A stretch of 64,000 nucleotides of DNA from a virus. The translations under genes were made by a program, and so were the position numbers. This document shows positions 48,276 through 58,419 of the stretch, piece after piece. The notes beneath the pieces were generated by a model that had not been told where the DNA came from, searched no databases, and saw nothing but the letters and a program-made list of their open reading frames with translations. Positions within the stretch are counted from its first letter, which is position 1; each line of letters begins with the position of its first letter. Where the stretch lies: IMG/VR virus record IMGVR_UViG_3300029286_000012; one strand, given 5' to 3'.

Positions 48276-49610
48276 ATGAGTGCAAGTTGGATTAATAAAT
48301 TAAATGAATCAGATAGTCGCCTGCATAAGGAAGATGTTATCAAACAAGCATTAGAGGCAAGTGTCCTTGGTAGCTCAAATGCTAACAATTTCTTGTTTTT
48401 GGCTAAACTTACATACAATCCTTATGTTACATTCGGTGTGCGTAAAGTACCAGATACAGTTGGTATTGTTGATGCAGAAAATCCCTGGGATGAGTTTATT
48501 TCATTACTTAATCAGTTAGGGCATCGCCAATTGACAGGCAATGCCGCACTTGATGCTATCAATGAAATGAGTGAACGATTTGATAGCAGTGAATGGAATA
48601 CATTCTGTGCTCCTGTTATTCGTAGAGATTTACGTGCAGGTGTTAGCGAAAAGACAATCAATAAAATCTGTAAGAAAACAGAGTATGAGATTCCTGTATT
48701 CGGTTGTCAACTTGCTACTAATAGCGAAGGTCGTCCTGAGATGAAAGGCACTAAACGTTTAGAGCCTAAGCTTGATGGTGTTCGTGTATTGATGTTTGTT
48801 ATCCCAAGTGATTTTGGTGATGTATCTACTGTTTGTTATAGCCGTAACGGTAAGGTGTTTGACAACTTTGGTCACATTGAAGAACAGGTTCGTGAGAACT
48901 GGATTAAGATTGCCAGAGGTCATCAGAACGCATTGGTTAACGGGTTTGTATTAGATGGAGAAGTGATTGGTAATACATTCCAAGAACTAATGCGACAGGC
49001 TCGCCGCAAAACTGATGTACAAGCGGATGATAGTGTATTCAATATCTTTGATATTATTCCATTAAGTGATTTCCGTGAAGGACATTGGAATGCTCAACTA
49101 CGCAAACGTATTGCTATACTTGAACATATTCGGCACGTGATTGATATAATGCCTAACGTTGAACTACTACCACACATCATGGTTGACTTAGATACAGCCG
49201 CAGGTAAGGATCAACTTGAACGTTATGCTAAGGATAATGTCAATGCAGGGTTTGAAGGCATTATGATTAAAGAATTAGAAGCTCCATATATCTGCAAACG
49301 TAGTACTGATTGGATGAAATGGAAACCAACATTAACCGTAGACTTGGAAGTCGTAGGTGTTGAAGAAGGAACTGGTAGAAATTTGGGAAGACTTGGAGCA
49401 CTGGTTTGTCATGGAATTGACGACGGGAAAGAAATTACAGTCAATGTGGGTAGTGGTTTTAGTGATACTGATAGAGATGACTATTGGACTAACCGTAATC
49501 TGGTCATAGGTCGTACTGCTGAAGTCTTATGTGATGTGATTACACAGAACCAAGACGGAACATATAGTTTGCGTTTCCCCAGATTCGTTCGTTTCCGTGA
49601 CGATAAGTGA
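48276..49610 (+). CDS. ATP-dependent DNA ligase
   Basis: EPKLDGVR, YSRNGK, LDGEV, FDI, EGIMIK, WMKWKP, VGSGFSD, SLRFPRF. Confidence 0.96.
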   Translation: MSASWINKLNESDSRLHKEDVIKQALEASVLGSSNANNFLFLAKLTYNPYVTFGVRKVPDTVGIVDAENPWDEFISLLNQLGHRQLTGNAALDAINEMSERFDSSEWNTFCAPVIRRDLRAGVSEKTINKICKKTEYEIPVFGCQLATNSEGRPEMKGTKRLEPKLDGVRVLMFVIPSDFGDVSTVCYSRNGKVFDNFGHIEEQVRENWIKIARGHQNALVNGFVLDGEVIGNTFQELMRQARRKTDVQADDSVFNIFDIIPLSDFREGHWNAQLRKRIAILEHIRHVIDIMPNVELLPHIMVDLDTAAGKDQLERYAKDNVNAGFEGIMIKELEAPYICKRSTDWMKWKPTLTVDLEVVGVEEGTGRNLGRLGALVCHGIDDGKEITVNVGSGFSDTDRDDYWTNRNLVIGRTAEVLCDVITQNQDGTYSLRFPRFVRFRDDK

Positions 49611-49729
49611 TACAATGACACTAAATGAATTTGCAATGTTTGTCACCGGAGTAATCTGGGGCATCTTTATTATTAAGCCTCTATATGATATAGCGGCAAA
49701 AATTTATAAAAACGCTAAGGAGGCGCAAA

Positions 49730-50968
49730 ATGGTAACAATAGTTAAACACGAATGGCATCAACATGATAGACAATATGCTATTGAAATTGATGAAGCATT
49801 ATTAAGTGAAATTTATCCTGAATTAGATGAGGATGAGATTGTACAAAAACTTGCTGACATTGAGTCCGGTGAAGTTGATTATGAAGATGTTATTAACGAT
49901 GCCCATGAGAATGATGTAGAAATTGAATGGGAGTTTCAATACGATGATTGCTGGACTGACCGCAAAGGTGGTTACGATGTTACATATGAACTAGGTGATG
50001 AGTCTAGTTGGGTTGTTGAGCCTGAGCCAGCACCGCATACTCACAAATGCACTAAGTGCAAGTGGACTGGACAGAGTTATGATGCTGAATGGTCTTGGGA
50101 AGATAAAGACGGTATTGAAATTGATGATCCTAGAAAAGTTTGCCCTTACTGTGAAAGTGACACTGAACTAACAGAAGCTGGTGTGATAGCAGAAAAAGAA
50201 AGTGCAGAACGTTCTGCACGTTGGGCTAAGGAAAAAGAAACAGGTGACGAAGCTGATTTGGAAAGAGACTTAGAAGAACTTGAGCGTGAGTTTGAGGACC
50301 TTGACGAAGCCTTCAACGTAGAGGATGATGACTCATTGAAGGAAAGTTATCCTGAAGATACATACACAATTCGTGTGTGGGGTCGCACACGTGAGATTGG
50401 CGTACATAAGATTAAGAAGGCACAATACGAACATTGGAGTAGTGAAGAACACGAAGATGATTTGAGTGATGCACTTAATGAGAACTATGACTATGATGAG
50501 AATGAGACTCCTAAAGCGGCACGATTTGATAGTCCTTACTATGAGTATCAAGGCAAACATTCGTTCTGGGGCTTTGACCAAGATGATACTCACATGACTA
50601 TTGAGAATAGTGAAGGTGAGACTATCTATGACGGTGACTTAGAATCATTCTTTAGTGAAGCACACGGAGAAGAAGATAGTCGTTATGATTGTGCTGAAGA
50701 ATTAGAAGAACTATATCCAGAACATCTAGGCAAGGGTTACTGGTTGATGTGGACACAAGGTGGCAAGGGTTCGTGTATTCAAACAAGTATCGAAGGTGTA
50801 TTTGAACCTAAGAAACTTAAAGTATTCAACTGGGATATTCAAGGCACAAGCGTAGTCACACGATTAGTATATGATGGTGTTGAACTTGATGACGAGGGTA
50901 TGGATAGTGAACACGACAACTGGAGAGGTCAGTGGTCACAGTTTGATGTGTATCACAATACGAAATGA
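49730..50968 (+). CDS. Highly acidic hypothetical protein with CxxC...CxxC zinc ribbon
   Basis: CTKC...CPYC; D/E-rich. Confidence 0.6.
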   Translation: MVTIVKHEWHQHDRQYAIEIDEALLSEIYPELDEDEIVQKLADIESGEVDYEDVINDAHENDVEIEWEFQYDDCWTDRKGGYDVTYELGDESSWVVEPEPAPHTHKCTKCKWTGQSYDAEWSWEDKDGIEIDDPRKVCPYCESDTELTEAGVIAEKESAERSARWAKEKETGDEADLERDLEELEREFEDLDEAFNVEDDDSLKESYPEDTYTIRVWGRTREIGVHKIKKAQYEHWSSEEHEDDLSDALNENYDYDENETPKAARFDSPYYEYQGKHSFWGFDQDDTHMTIENSEGETIYDGDLESFFSEAHGEEDSRYDCAEELEELYPEHLGKGYWLMWTQGGKGSCIQTSIEGVFEPKKLKVFNWDIQGTSVVTRLVYDGVELDDEGMDSEHDNWRGQWSQFDVYHNTK

Positions 50969-51171
50969 TGCCACCTGACTTACAAAAGTTAATAGGTAAG
51001 TCATTTGTATTTGAGGATGGTGCTACAATCACTGTCACACAAATTAAATTACGTGATGAGGGTATATACTGGATTACTTATATGACTAAGACAGGTCCAG
51101 GTATACCCGTCAGATACGTAATGGGCGTCGAAGAATTTATCAACACTTATGGCTACCTATTTAAAGACTAA
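50965..51171 (+). CDS. Hypothetical protein
   Basis: ATGA-coupled ORF. Confidence 0.5.
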   Translation: MMPPDLQKLIGKSFVFEDGATITVTQIKLRDEGIYWITYMTKTGPGIPVRYVMGVEEFINTYGYLFKD

Positions 51172-51178
51172 ATATTAG

Positions 51179-52795
51179 ATGCGTTTAAAATTTCTATCAT
51201 TCTCAAATCTTACACTATTAGTGGCACTATCGCTTAGTTCGGTAGCTGCCTGGTATAGTATCATTGGATTGACCGCCATCTTTGCAGGTGCGGTTATTCC
51301 TGTTATCATTATGGGAGGTATACTAGAAATAGGTAAGATTACCACCACAGTATGGTTACGTAAATATTGGAGTCGTTGTGGATTTTTACTTAAACTCTAT
51401 CTTGTACCCGCTGTTATTGCACTTGCACTATTAACAAGCATGGGTATCTTTGGCTTCTTAAGTAAAGCACACATGGAACAAGGTATTACCTCAGGTGAGG
51501 TGCAAGATAAGATTGCATTATACGATGAGAAGATTAAAACTTCAAAGGAAAACATAGATGTTAATCGCAAAGCTCTCAAACAAATGGATGAGGCAGTGGA
51601 CCAAATTATGGGTCGAAGTACAACAGAAACGGGTGCAGATAAGGCCGTGGCTGTCCGTAGGGCGCAACAAAAAGAACGTGGGCGTCTACTTGCTGAGATT
51701 GAAGCCGAACAGAAAAAAATTACAAAACTTAATGAAGAACGAGCCCCTATTGCTGCCGAGGTACGCAAGGTTGAGGCAGAAGTCGGTCCGATAAAATATA
51801 TTGCCGCATTAATATATGGTGACAATGCTGATACCAATATGCTGGAAGCATCAGTACGTTGGGTTATTATTTTACTTGTTATTGTTTTTGATCCATTAGC
51901 TATTGCATTAGTGTTAGCTGCCAATGCAAGTAAAGAATGGGATAAAAAAGATGAGGAGGGTGACAGCCCTCTAGGGAATGAAACACCATCGACTCCCGCT
52001 GTCACAGAACCAGATTATGAACCAGATGACGGACCATTGACAGATGAGCAGATTGAACAAATAAAACAAAGTGTTAATGATATTGAGGTTACAGCAGAAG
52101 AAGATGAAGCCTTTAAAAACTTAGAACCAAAAGGTAATGACCCTACAATAAATTGTCACAAGTGTGGTGCAACATTAGAAAATGCACCCGGTATAGGATT
52201 GTTCTGTGCAAATAAAAATTGTGATATTAATGATGGTCCTTTTGAAGAACCCAAATCTATATTAGAACAACATCCATATTTAACTAAACCATTTGTTAAT
52301 TTTGATGTTAAACCAATGGTCGCTCCCAAAGCTGAAGCAACAGTAGATGAACCTACAGCAGATGAAGACCATAGTATGATAGTTAAACAAGATTTACCTT
52401 TTAAAGAATTACCAGGCGGGTATGTAGCGTTTGATGGTAAGCATATGCAACGGGATGCATTATTCAGTATGCATCCCGAATTCTTAAAGTTATCAGTTGA
52501 TTCGGGTAAATTGGTTAACAGTGGTTTTGGTCCTAAGTTTCCTGAGTCCGCAGATAAAGGAGATGTATTTACACGTGTAGATGTATTACCAAACAAGGTT
52601 TACAAATATGATGGTAAAAATTGGATTGAAATTGCCAAAACTTCTAGCAATACATACTTGTATAACTCAAAATACATTGAGTATTTGATTGAGATGTTGG
52701 GTAAGGGCGAATACGATCCTGAATTACTATCAGAAAATGAACGTGCCCAAATTGAAGATTACATTAAAATTCAAAAGAATAACCAAAACAGTTGA
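51179..52795 (+). CDS. Membrane-anchored coiled-coil protein
   Basis: N-terminal TMs, TSMGIFGFLSKAH, coiled coil, EVGPIKYIA, VFDPLAI. Confidence 0.7.
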   Translation: MRLKFLSFSNLTLLVALSLSSVAAWYSIIGLTAIFAGAVIPVIIMGGILEIGKITTTVWLRKYWSRCGFLLKLYLVPAVIALALLTSMGIFGFLSKAHMEQGITSGEVQDKIALYDEKIKTSKENIDVNRKALKQMDEAVDQIMGRSTTETGADKAVAVRRAQQKERGRLLAEIEAEQKKITKLNEERAPIAAEVRKVEAEVGPIKYIAALIYGDNADTNMLEASVRWVIILLVIVFDPLAIALVLAANASKEWDKKDEEGDSPLGNETPSTPAVTEPDYEPDDGPLTDEQIEQIKQSVNDIEVTAEEDEAFKNLEPKGNDPTINCHKCGATLENAPGIGLFCANKNCDINDGPFEEPKSILEQHPYLTKPFVNFDVKPMVAPKAEATVDEPTADEDHSMIVKQDLPFKELPGGYVAFDGKHMQRDALFSMHPEFLKLSVDSGKLVNSGFGPKFPESADKGDVFTRVDVLPNKVYKYDGKNWIEIAKTSSNTYLYNSKYIEYLIEMLGKGEYDPELLSENERAQIEDYIKIQKNNQNS

Positions 52796-52850
52796 CGTTT
52801 AGTTAAAAGTAGTGTATAATAAACACATCTTTAACAAAACCGGAGTATAT

Positions 52851-53516
52851 ATGAAACTCAAGCTTTTAGCAATCTCACTAGTATTAGTGCTAACAGGTTG
52901 CTCAACAACAAAAAATGCAAGTGTAGAGTCTGCACCTATCACTGCAATCAATACACAAAAACTAACCTCTAGTTTTAAACGACAGGGAATTAAGATTGAA
53001 TGGTCTTGTGCATGGGGTACAGGATTATTCGGTGTAAGTGATGCATTGTGTGTCAAGGGTGAGATTCGAGCCATTGAAGTAACTGGTTACGCAAATAGTT
53101 TTGGCAATAGTGAAGCATTACGTGAACGTGCATTCATTGCCGCTGAGATGGATGCTAAGGCACGATTGATTCGTTTTATGAACGAGGGTGTCGGCTCTAA
53201 TAACTTTGCTAATACTGTTACAAAGAACGTAGAGAAAGCACAAGACCGAATTAAGAATCGTATCAAATCAGACGAAGCAGTTGAAATGAGCGACCAAGAT
53301 GCAAGCAAGGATACAAACTTTGCTATACGTGAAAACAACAACGAGGTTGTTCGTACACTAAGTGAAAGCATTCGCAATAATGCTGAAGGTAAACTACGTG
53401 GTGCATTACTCAAAGATGCCGAAATAGTAGATAGACAAACTGTTAAAGCAGTTATTCGCTGGGACCATGATACTGAACGTGCCGCAATGTATATGCGTAA
53501 ACGCTTTGGTCAATAA
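52851..53516 (+). CDS. Lipoprotein (LPP20-like)
   Basis: Lipobox VLTGC; AEMDAKARL; promoter TTGACG-N17-TATAAT at 52792-52820. Confidence 0.65.
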   Translation: MKLKLLAISLVLVLTGCSTTKNASVESAPITAINTQKLTSSFKRQGIKIEWSCAWGTGLFGVSDALCVKGEIRAIEVTGYANSFGNSEALRERAFIAAEMDAKARLIRFMNEGVGSNNFANTVTKNVEKAQDRIKNRIKSDEAVEMSDQDASKDTNFAIRENNNEVVRTLSESIRNNAEGKLRGALLKDAEIVDRQTVKAVIRWDHDTERAAMYMRKRFGQ

Positions 53517-54484
53517 TGAAAAAACTATTATCAGGCTTGTTGTGTCTGGTAGCTCCCTTTGCAAATGCACTACAGATTAGTGGTCAGGGTGCTACGTTTG
53601 AAGAAGCTAAACTAAATGCTTTTAGAACAGCGATTGAGGTTGTTGCTGGTTCAGTCGTAACCACAGAACGTGAATCTATCAACTATAAACTAGTTAAAGA
53701 TGAAATTTTAGTTTATAGTGCCGGTTATGTAACTGACTACAAAATCATTAATACATTTAAATCGGGGAATCAGGTTCAGGTTATTGTTGATGTTCAAGTA
53801 TCTAGTAGCAAATTATCTGATAGAATACTAGGTTTAGGTAAAGAAGTTAAAAACTTTGAAGCTGATAAACACGGTAATCAATATCAAACTTATCTATATG
53901 GTAAAAGTAATGGTGATAAGTTATTAATGCAAGTGTTAAATGATTATCCTGCAAAGGCATACACTATAACACAGGGTGTGCACCAATTTAAAGTTGATGC
54001 ATATCGTAATGGTATCATCGAAATTCCATTAGAAGTAAAATGGAATTATAACTTTATTGAATCATTTAATGAGGCATTAAAGATATTACAAGATGGTAGT
54101 AATGGATTACTTCAACATAGTCCGGGTAATGTTGTTGTTATGGCAAAGGATCCTAAAGATTGGGTCATAGGTACAAAGAATCATTATAAGTTTAATGATA
54201 TGATTACCGTATCTAATATTAGAACTACATTACAACAGAGAAAACCTAATATACTATTGACCATCAATAACTTTGAAAACAAAACAGTATTTCGTCAATG
54301 CTATGTACCCGATTCGATTGCAGGAAAGAAGTCCGCGTTTTATAATGTAGGGCCTACACTAGCATTGTATGGTAATCAAACAGAGAAAAATAAAATAGAA
54401 CTAAGTTTAACCAATATGCAAGATGCAATAAAGCAAATTCAAAATATTGAGTTGACCATAGTCACTGATGACAAATGTCCATAA
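53516..54484 (+). CDS. Secreted protein (LPP20-like N-terminal domain)
   Basis: Signal peptide ending ANA; G.GATFEEAKLNAFRTAIE. Confidence 0.55.
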   Translation: MKKLLSGLLCLVAPFANALQISGQGATFEEAKLNAFRTAIEVVAGSVVTTERESINYKLVKDEILVYSAGYVTDYKIINTFKSGNQVQVIVDVQVSSSKLSDRILGLGKEVKNFEADKHGNQYQTYLYGKSNGDKLLMQVLNDYPAKAYTITQGVHQFKVDAYRNGIIEIPLEVKWNYNFIESFNEALKILQDGSNGLLQHSPGNVVVMAKDPKDWVIGTKNHYKFNDMITVSNIRTTLQQRKPNILLTINNFENKTVFRQCYVPDSIAGKKSAFYNVGPTLALYGNQTEKNKIELSLTNMQDAIKQIQNIELTIVTDDKCP

Positions 54485-54520
54485 AAATCATTCAAAGAAA
54501 AAACATAGATAAGTATTAAT

Positions 54521-55723
54521 ATGTCAACAGAAAATAAACTAAGCCATTGCTCTTTTTGCGGTAATCATAAAGATAACGTAAAAAAATTAATTATAAGTGA
54601 AGAGGTAGCTATTTGTAGTACTTGTGTAGAATTATGCAACACATTAATGGTTGATGAGGAAAGTAAAAGTGATTTTGTATCGGAAAATATGGTATCATAT
54701 GATCCTGAATCCATTAAAGACTTTCTAGACCAGCATGTTATTGGACAACATAATGCCAAAAAAGTATTGAGTGTTGCTATTGCTAATCATTATAAACGTA
54801 TTAATCGTCCACCAAAAGATTTAGAAATATCTAAGGGTAACGTATTACTAGTAGGCCCAACTGGTTCAGGTAAAACATTATTAGCTAAAACAGTAGCAAA
54901 ATACTTAGAAGTTCCCTTTATTGTTGCAGATGCTACAAGTATCACAGAAGCAGGTTATGTGGGTGATGATGTTGAATCAATGATTAGTATGCTATTGAAT
55001 GCCGCCGGCGGTGATGTTAAATTGGCCGAGCGTGGTATCGTATTCATTGACGAAATTGATAAGATTGCACGTAAGGGTGAAAGTGCCAATATTACACGTG
55101 ATGTGTCAGGCGAGGGTGTTCAACAAGCATTATTGAAAATGGTTGAAGGAACAGTATGTCGCATTCCATCTGGTGGTGGTCGTAAGCATCCAGGCGGTGA
55201 TATGATAGAAATCAATACAAAAAATATCTTATTCATTGCGGGCGGGGCCTTTGTTGGATTAAAAGATATTATTAACAGTAGAGAGAATGGTACTAGTATT
55301 GGGTTTGGTGCTCAGATTAAAGACCATCGCAAAGACGGGGATTTGAGTAATGTTAGTCCTGATGATTTGGTTAAGTTTGGTATGATTCCTGAATTTATTG
55401 GACGTTTTACTACTACAGTAAATGTTGAAGATTTGACAAAAGAGGAACTAATTAAAGTATTGACCGGTATTAAAAACAACTATATTGACCAATACAAATA
55501 TTTGCTTAGTTTAGATGACATTGATTTAAATTTTACAGAAGATGCACTAGACCAATTAGCAGAAAATACAATGTCACTTAAGACAGGAGCACGTGGATTG
55601 CATACTGAGATTGAACGTGTATTGATGCCGCATATGTTCTACACTAAAAAGTATCGGGATAATCAGGTATTAAACATAAATATAGATAGAAAACAAATTT
55701 TGGAGCCAAAAGTTATAGTATGA
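54521..55723 (+). CDS. clpX: ATP-dependent Clp protease ATP-binding subunit
   Basis: CSFCG zinc finger, GPTGSGKT, EAGYVGDDVE, DEIDK, RDVSGEGVQQALLK, RKHP, IGF loop, TGARGL. Confidence 0.97.
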   Translation: MSTENKLSHCSFCGNHKDNVKKLIISEEVAICSTCVELCNTLMVDEESKSDFVSENMVSYDPESIKDFLDQHVIGQHNAKKVLSVAIANHYKRINRPPKDLEISKGNVLLVGPTGSGKTLLAKTVAKYLEVPFIVADATSITEAGYVGDDVESMISMLLNAAGGDVKLAERGIVFIDEIDKIARKGESANITRDVSGEGVQQALLKMVEGTVCRIPSGGGRKHPGGDMIEINTKNILFIAGGAFVGLKDIINSRENGTSIGFGAQIKDHRKDGDLSNVSPDDLVKFGMIPEFIGRFTTTVNVEDLTKEELIKVLTGIKNNYIDQYKYLLSLDDIDLNFTEDALDQLAENTMSLKTGARGLHTEIERVLMPHMFYTKKYRDNQVLNINIDRKQILEPKVIV

Positions 55724-55935
55724 GAGGTAGAAAGGTTTTAGTTCAGGATGGAAACGTAGACAAAGCATTGCGAAAATTTAAAAAAGTTATCGCAGACTAT
55801 GGTACCTTACAAGAGGTACGTGACCGTCAAGAATATGTAAAACCCACTATCAAACGCAAACTAGCAAAGAGTCAGGCTAAACGTAGATGGCAAAAGTATT
55901 TGAGAGACCAGAGTCTCCCGAAGAAAGAATTTTAA
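55720..55935 (+). CDS. rpsU: 30S ribosomal protein bS21
   Basis: NVDKALRKFKK, EVRDRQEYVKPT..RK. Confidence 0.9.
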   Translation: MRGRKVLVQDGNVDKALRKFKKVIADYGTLQEVRDRQEYVKPTIKRKLAKSQAKRRWQKYLRDQSLPKKEF

Positions 55936-55975
55936 GTTCCAAAATAGTAGAATTTTTTGCATATTTTTATTATAA

Positions 55976-56040
55976 TAAATATGTATTCAGATGCCGATGG
56001 TCGGGTCTGAAATATGTCATCTTGCTTATAGGAGAAAAAA
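55976..56040 (+). promoter_or_regulatory. ROSE-like RNA thermometer leader of hsp20
   Basis: TAAATA 55976; hairpin 55986-56011; TCTTGCT 56020-26 pairs with SD AGGAGA 56030-35 with a bulged G. Confidence 0.6.
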
Positions 56041-56490
56041 ATGACAAATCAATTAACCCTTCGTTCCATAGATATTCCATCTATTCATAAGTTCTCAGTC
56101 GGTTTTGACCGTATGTTTGACGAACTAACTCGCAATCAATCGCAACAAACAAACTATCCCCCATATAACATCGTTCAGATTAATGAAGATGAATATATGA
56201 TTAGTCTCGCTGTTGCAGGATTCGGTCCTGATAATCTATCAGTAACTAAAGAAAAAAACTTTTTAATTATTGAAGGTAATCATGCGTTGAATAGTATTGA
56301 AACTGATACAGAACCCACATATCTACACAAAGGTATTAGTGAACGTAATTTCCGTCGTGAGTTCCGTCTTGCGGATCACGTAGAAATTGAGAACGCACAT
56401 TTAGAATTGGGTATCTTAAGTATTCACTTAAAACGTGAAGTTCCTGAAGAACAAAAGCCCAAGTCTATTGCTATTACTTACACTAAATAA
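56041..56490 (+). CDS. Small heat shock protein (Hsp20/IbpA family)
   Basis: GFDRMF, NYPPYNI, AVAGF, YLHKGISERNFRREF, GILSIHL. Confidence 0.95.
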   Translation: MTNQLTLRSIDIPSIHKFSVGFDRMFDELTRNQSQQTNYPPYNIVQINEDEYMISLAVAGFGPDNLSVTKEKNFLIIEGNHALNSIETDTEPTYLHKGISERNFRREFRLADHVEIENAHLELGILSIHLKREVPEEQKPKSIAITYTK

Positions 56491-56510
56491 TATAATAGAT
56501 GTTCGTTAAC

Positions 56511-56540
56511 AGTGTGCGGCAATGTCGCACACTATTTTAT
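56511..56540 (+). terminator. Stable hairpin (terminator or 5' leader hairpin of clpS)
   Basis: AGTGTGCGGC-aat-GTCGCACACT followed by ATTTT. Confidence 0.5.
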
Positions 56541-56552
56541 AAAGTATAAAAA

Positions 56553-56858
56553 ATGGCTAAAACAGAAACTAAACCTAAAATCAAACCCAACATCAATTTG
56601 GCTGAACCACCGTTGTATAAAATCATTTATCTCAACGATGAAGTAACCAGTATGAATTTTGTAGTTAACAGTTTGATTGAATATTTCAATTACAACCAGG
56701 ATACTGCATCATCACTAACAGTGAGTATTCACGATCAGGGTAGTGCGGTAGTTGCTGTATTGCCTTATGAAATTGCTGAACAAAAAGGCATTGAAGTGAC
56801 CCTTGATGCACGTAGTCAAGGATTTCCACTACAGATTAAAGTTGAAGCAGAAGTTTAA
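56553..56858 (+). CDS. clpS: Clp protease adaptor ClpS
   Basis: PPLYKIIYLNDEVTSMNFVV, IHDQGSAVV, YEIAEQK, GFPL. Confidence 0.9.
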   Translation: MAKTETKPKIKPNINLAEPPLYKIIYLNDEVTSMNFVVNSLIEYFNYNQDTASSLTVSIHDQGSAVVAVLPYEIAEQKGIEVTLDARSQGFPLQIKVEAEV

Positions 56859-57556
56859 ACTTCTATTTCAATTCGTTTAGACCAATAAGGTATTTTTTTA
56901 AAATATGAATTGTTGATATAATTAATATTATCTATTGTTGTATCAACATTTTTATCATAGCTACCATAAATCCAAGTAGATACTTTATGTTCAGAGTCGT
57001 GGCCTAAAGTTTGTATTAGTGGGATCTGGTCAGCAATTTCTTCTGGTTCTTCCCCAAAAAATAATTCTGGACCTGGTGCACAATTTGTGACTATTATTAT
57101 TTTTTTAACATCTAAATGTAGTTGAAGTTTTTCTAAACTTGAACCTATGTATGAAACATCTTCTACGTGTTGTGCGTGTAAATGAAGTTTTTCTAATGCA
57201 GTAGTAGTATCCACTTTACTACCATACCAACCATTTGCACCTAGTATAGCAATGCCATCTAATACAACAACGTGCCTATAAAGTAGTGCTACGTTAGGTA
57301 GTGATTTGCATATTTCAGATATTTCAAGGTACCTGTTCTTTACAAGATGCATATTATCGTGTTCTAAAGAACCCGGCGTGTAAAAAATACCACGATAAAA
57401 TTTTGATAAATGAAGCAGGGTTTGATGTATTACTCGCAAATCATTGCTTATATTTCCTGCTATGATTAGATATAGGCTTGTTGCCTTATTTTCCCAATCA
57501 AAGCTATCTTCAGCGTCCAGATTAAGGTCGCTAATAACATCAAATCCTATATTCAT
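56855..57556 (-). CDS. Metallophosphoesterase-fold protein with degenerate metal ligands
   Basis: ISDLNL, AGNIS, PGSLEH, TNCAP and WIYGS replace DLH, GD, GNHE, THH and HGH. Confidence 0.6.
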   Translation of the reverse strand: MNIGFDVISDLNLDAEDSFDWENKATSLYLIIAGNISNDLRVIHQTLLHLSKFYRGIFYTPGSLEHDNMHLVKNRYLEISEICKSLPNVALLYRHVVVLDGIAILGANGWYGSKVDTTTALEKLHLHAQHVEDVSYIGSSLEKLQLHLDVKKIIIVTNCAPGPELFFGEEPEEIADQIPLIQTLGHDSEHKVSTWIYGSYDKNVDTTIDNINYINNSYFKKIPYWSKRIEIEV

Positions 57557-57810
57557 TAAGATTGCGTTGTAGGCTTAGCTTTTGGTGCTCTTGGGGCTTT
57601 TGGCTTAGCAGGTGCCTTAGCTTTTGGTGCTGCCGGAGCTTTTGGTTTAGCCGGGGCTTTAGCTTTTACAGGTGCAACTGCTTCTACAACCAACGGAATT
57701 GGTGTAGTAGCTGCCGGTTCTGGTACTTTGTACGGTGCAGTTACGTTGGCCGGTTCTGCCTCGACTGGTTTAGCTGAAAAGCCAAATAAACGCTTGATAA
57801 AGTCTATCAT
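57556..57810 (-). CDS. Ala/Lys/Pro-rich small protein
   Basis: KAKAPAKPKAP repeats; AGGAG RBS and TAAATA upstream. Confidence 0.6.
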   Translation of the reverse strand: MIDFIKRLFGFSAKPVEAEPANVTAPYKVPEPAATTPIPLVVEAVAPVKAKAPAKPKAPAAPKAKAPAKPKAPRAPKAKPTTQS

Positions 57811-57908
57811 TTCTATCTCCTAAACATATATTTACTCGGAACACTAACCCGTATATTTTTTCCGTAATATGAGTATTATTATGGGTAATATAGTATCATA
57901 AATACATT

Positions 57909-58400
57909 ATGTACAGAAAAACTTCTATCATCGACCTCATGTGCGAAGAATTGCCACCAATCACATACCAAAAACGTCTTTGTTATAGGACTGACCGTGA
58001 TGAGGTAATAGTACTATATAAGATGTTAAATAGGTTAATTTTCAATAACAAATTGTTAATGCCTGAGATTGAAGTTATGCCCCGTTGTAGAAAATATTGG
58101 GGAATGTGTTATGGTTCTTATGATGAGCCTACACTCTATAAAAGTTCGTGTAAAATTAGATTGATGGACAAGTGGTACTGCAAACAATGGTTAATTACTA
58201 CACTAGCACATGAAATGTGTCATCAGTATCAATGGGATGTACAGGGTATTGAACGCCGTAAAATTGGAAAAGAGCCTATTATGAGTCACGGTCCTAGTTT
58301 CTTTGTGTTCAGAGATAAACTAAAAGCACACGGCATTTCATTAAAAAGCGCACACGGTCGCAAACGATGGTTTAAGCACCAAAATTTATTTAAGTGTTAA
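57909..58400 (+). CDS. SprT-like zinc metalloprotease
   Basis: LNRLIFNNKL, TLAHEMCHQYQ, MSHGPSF. Confidence 0.8.
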   Translation: MYRKTSIIDLMCEELPPITYQKRLCYRTDRDEVIVLYKMLNRLIFNNKLLMPEIEVMPRCRKYWGMCYGSYDEPTLYKSSCKIRLMDKWYCKQWLITTLAHEMCHQYQWDVQGIERRKIGKEPIMSHGPSFFVFRDKLKAHGISLKSAHGRKRWFKHQNLFKC

Positions 58401-58419
58401 TATTGCATAAATACACATT

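Noticed and set aside
51397-52596. Long minus-strand ORFs (also 31047-31676, 41190-41528 and many others)
   Set aside because: Antisense shadows of well-supported plus-strand genes, without RBS or motifs
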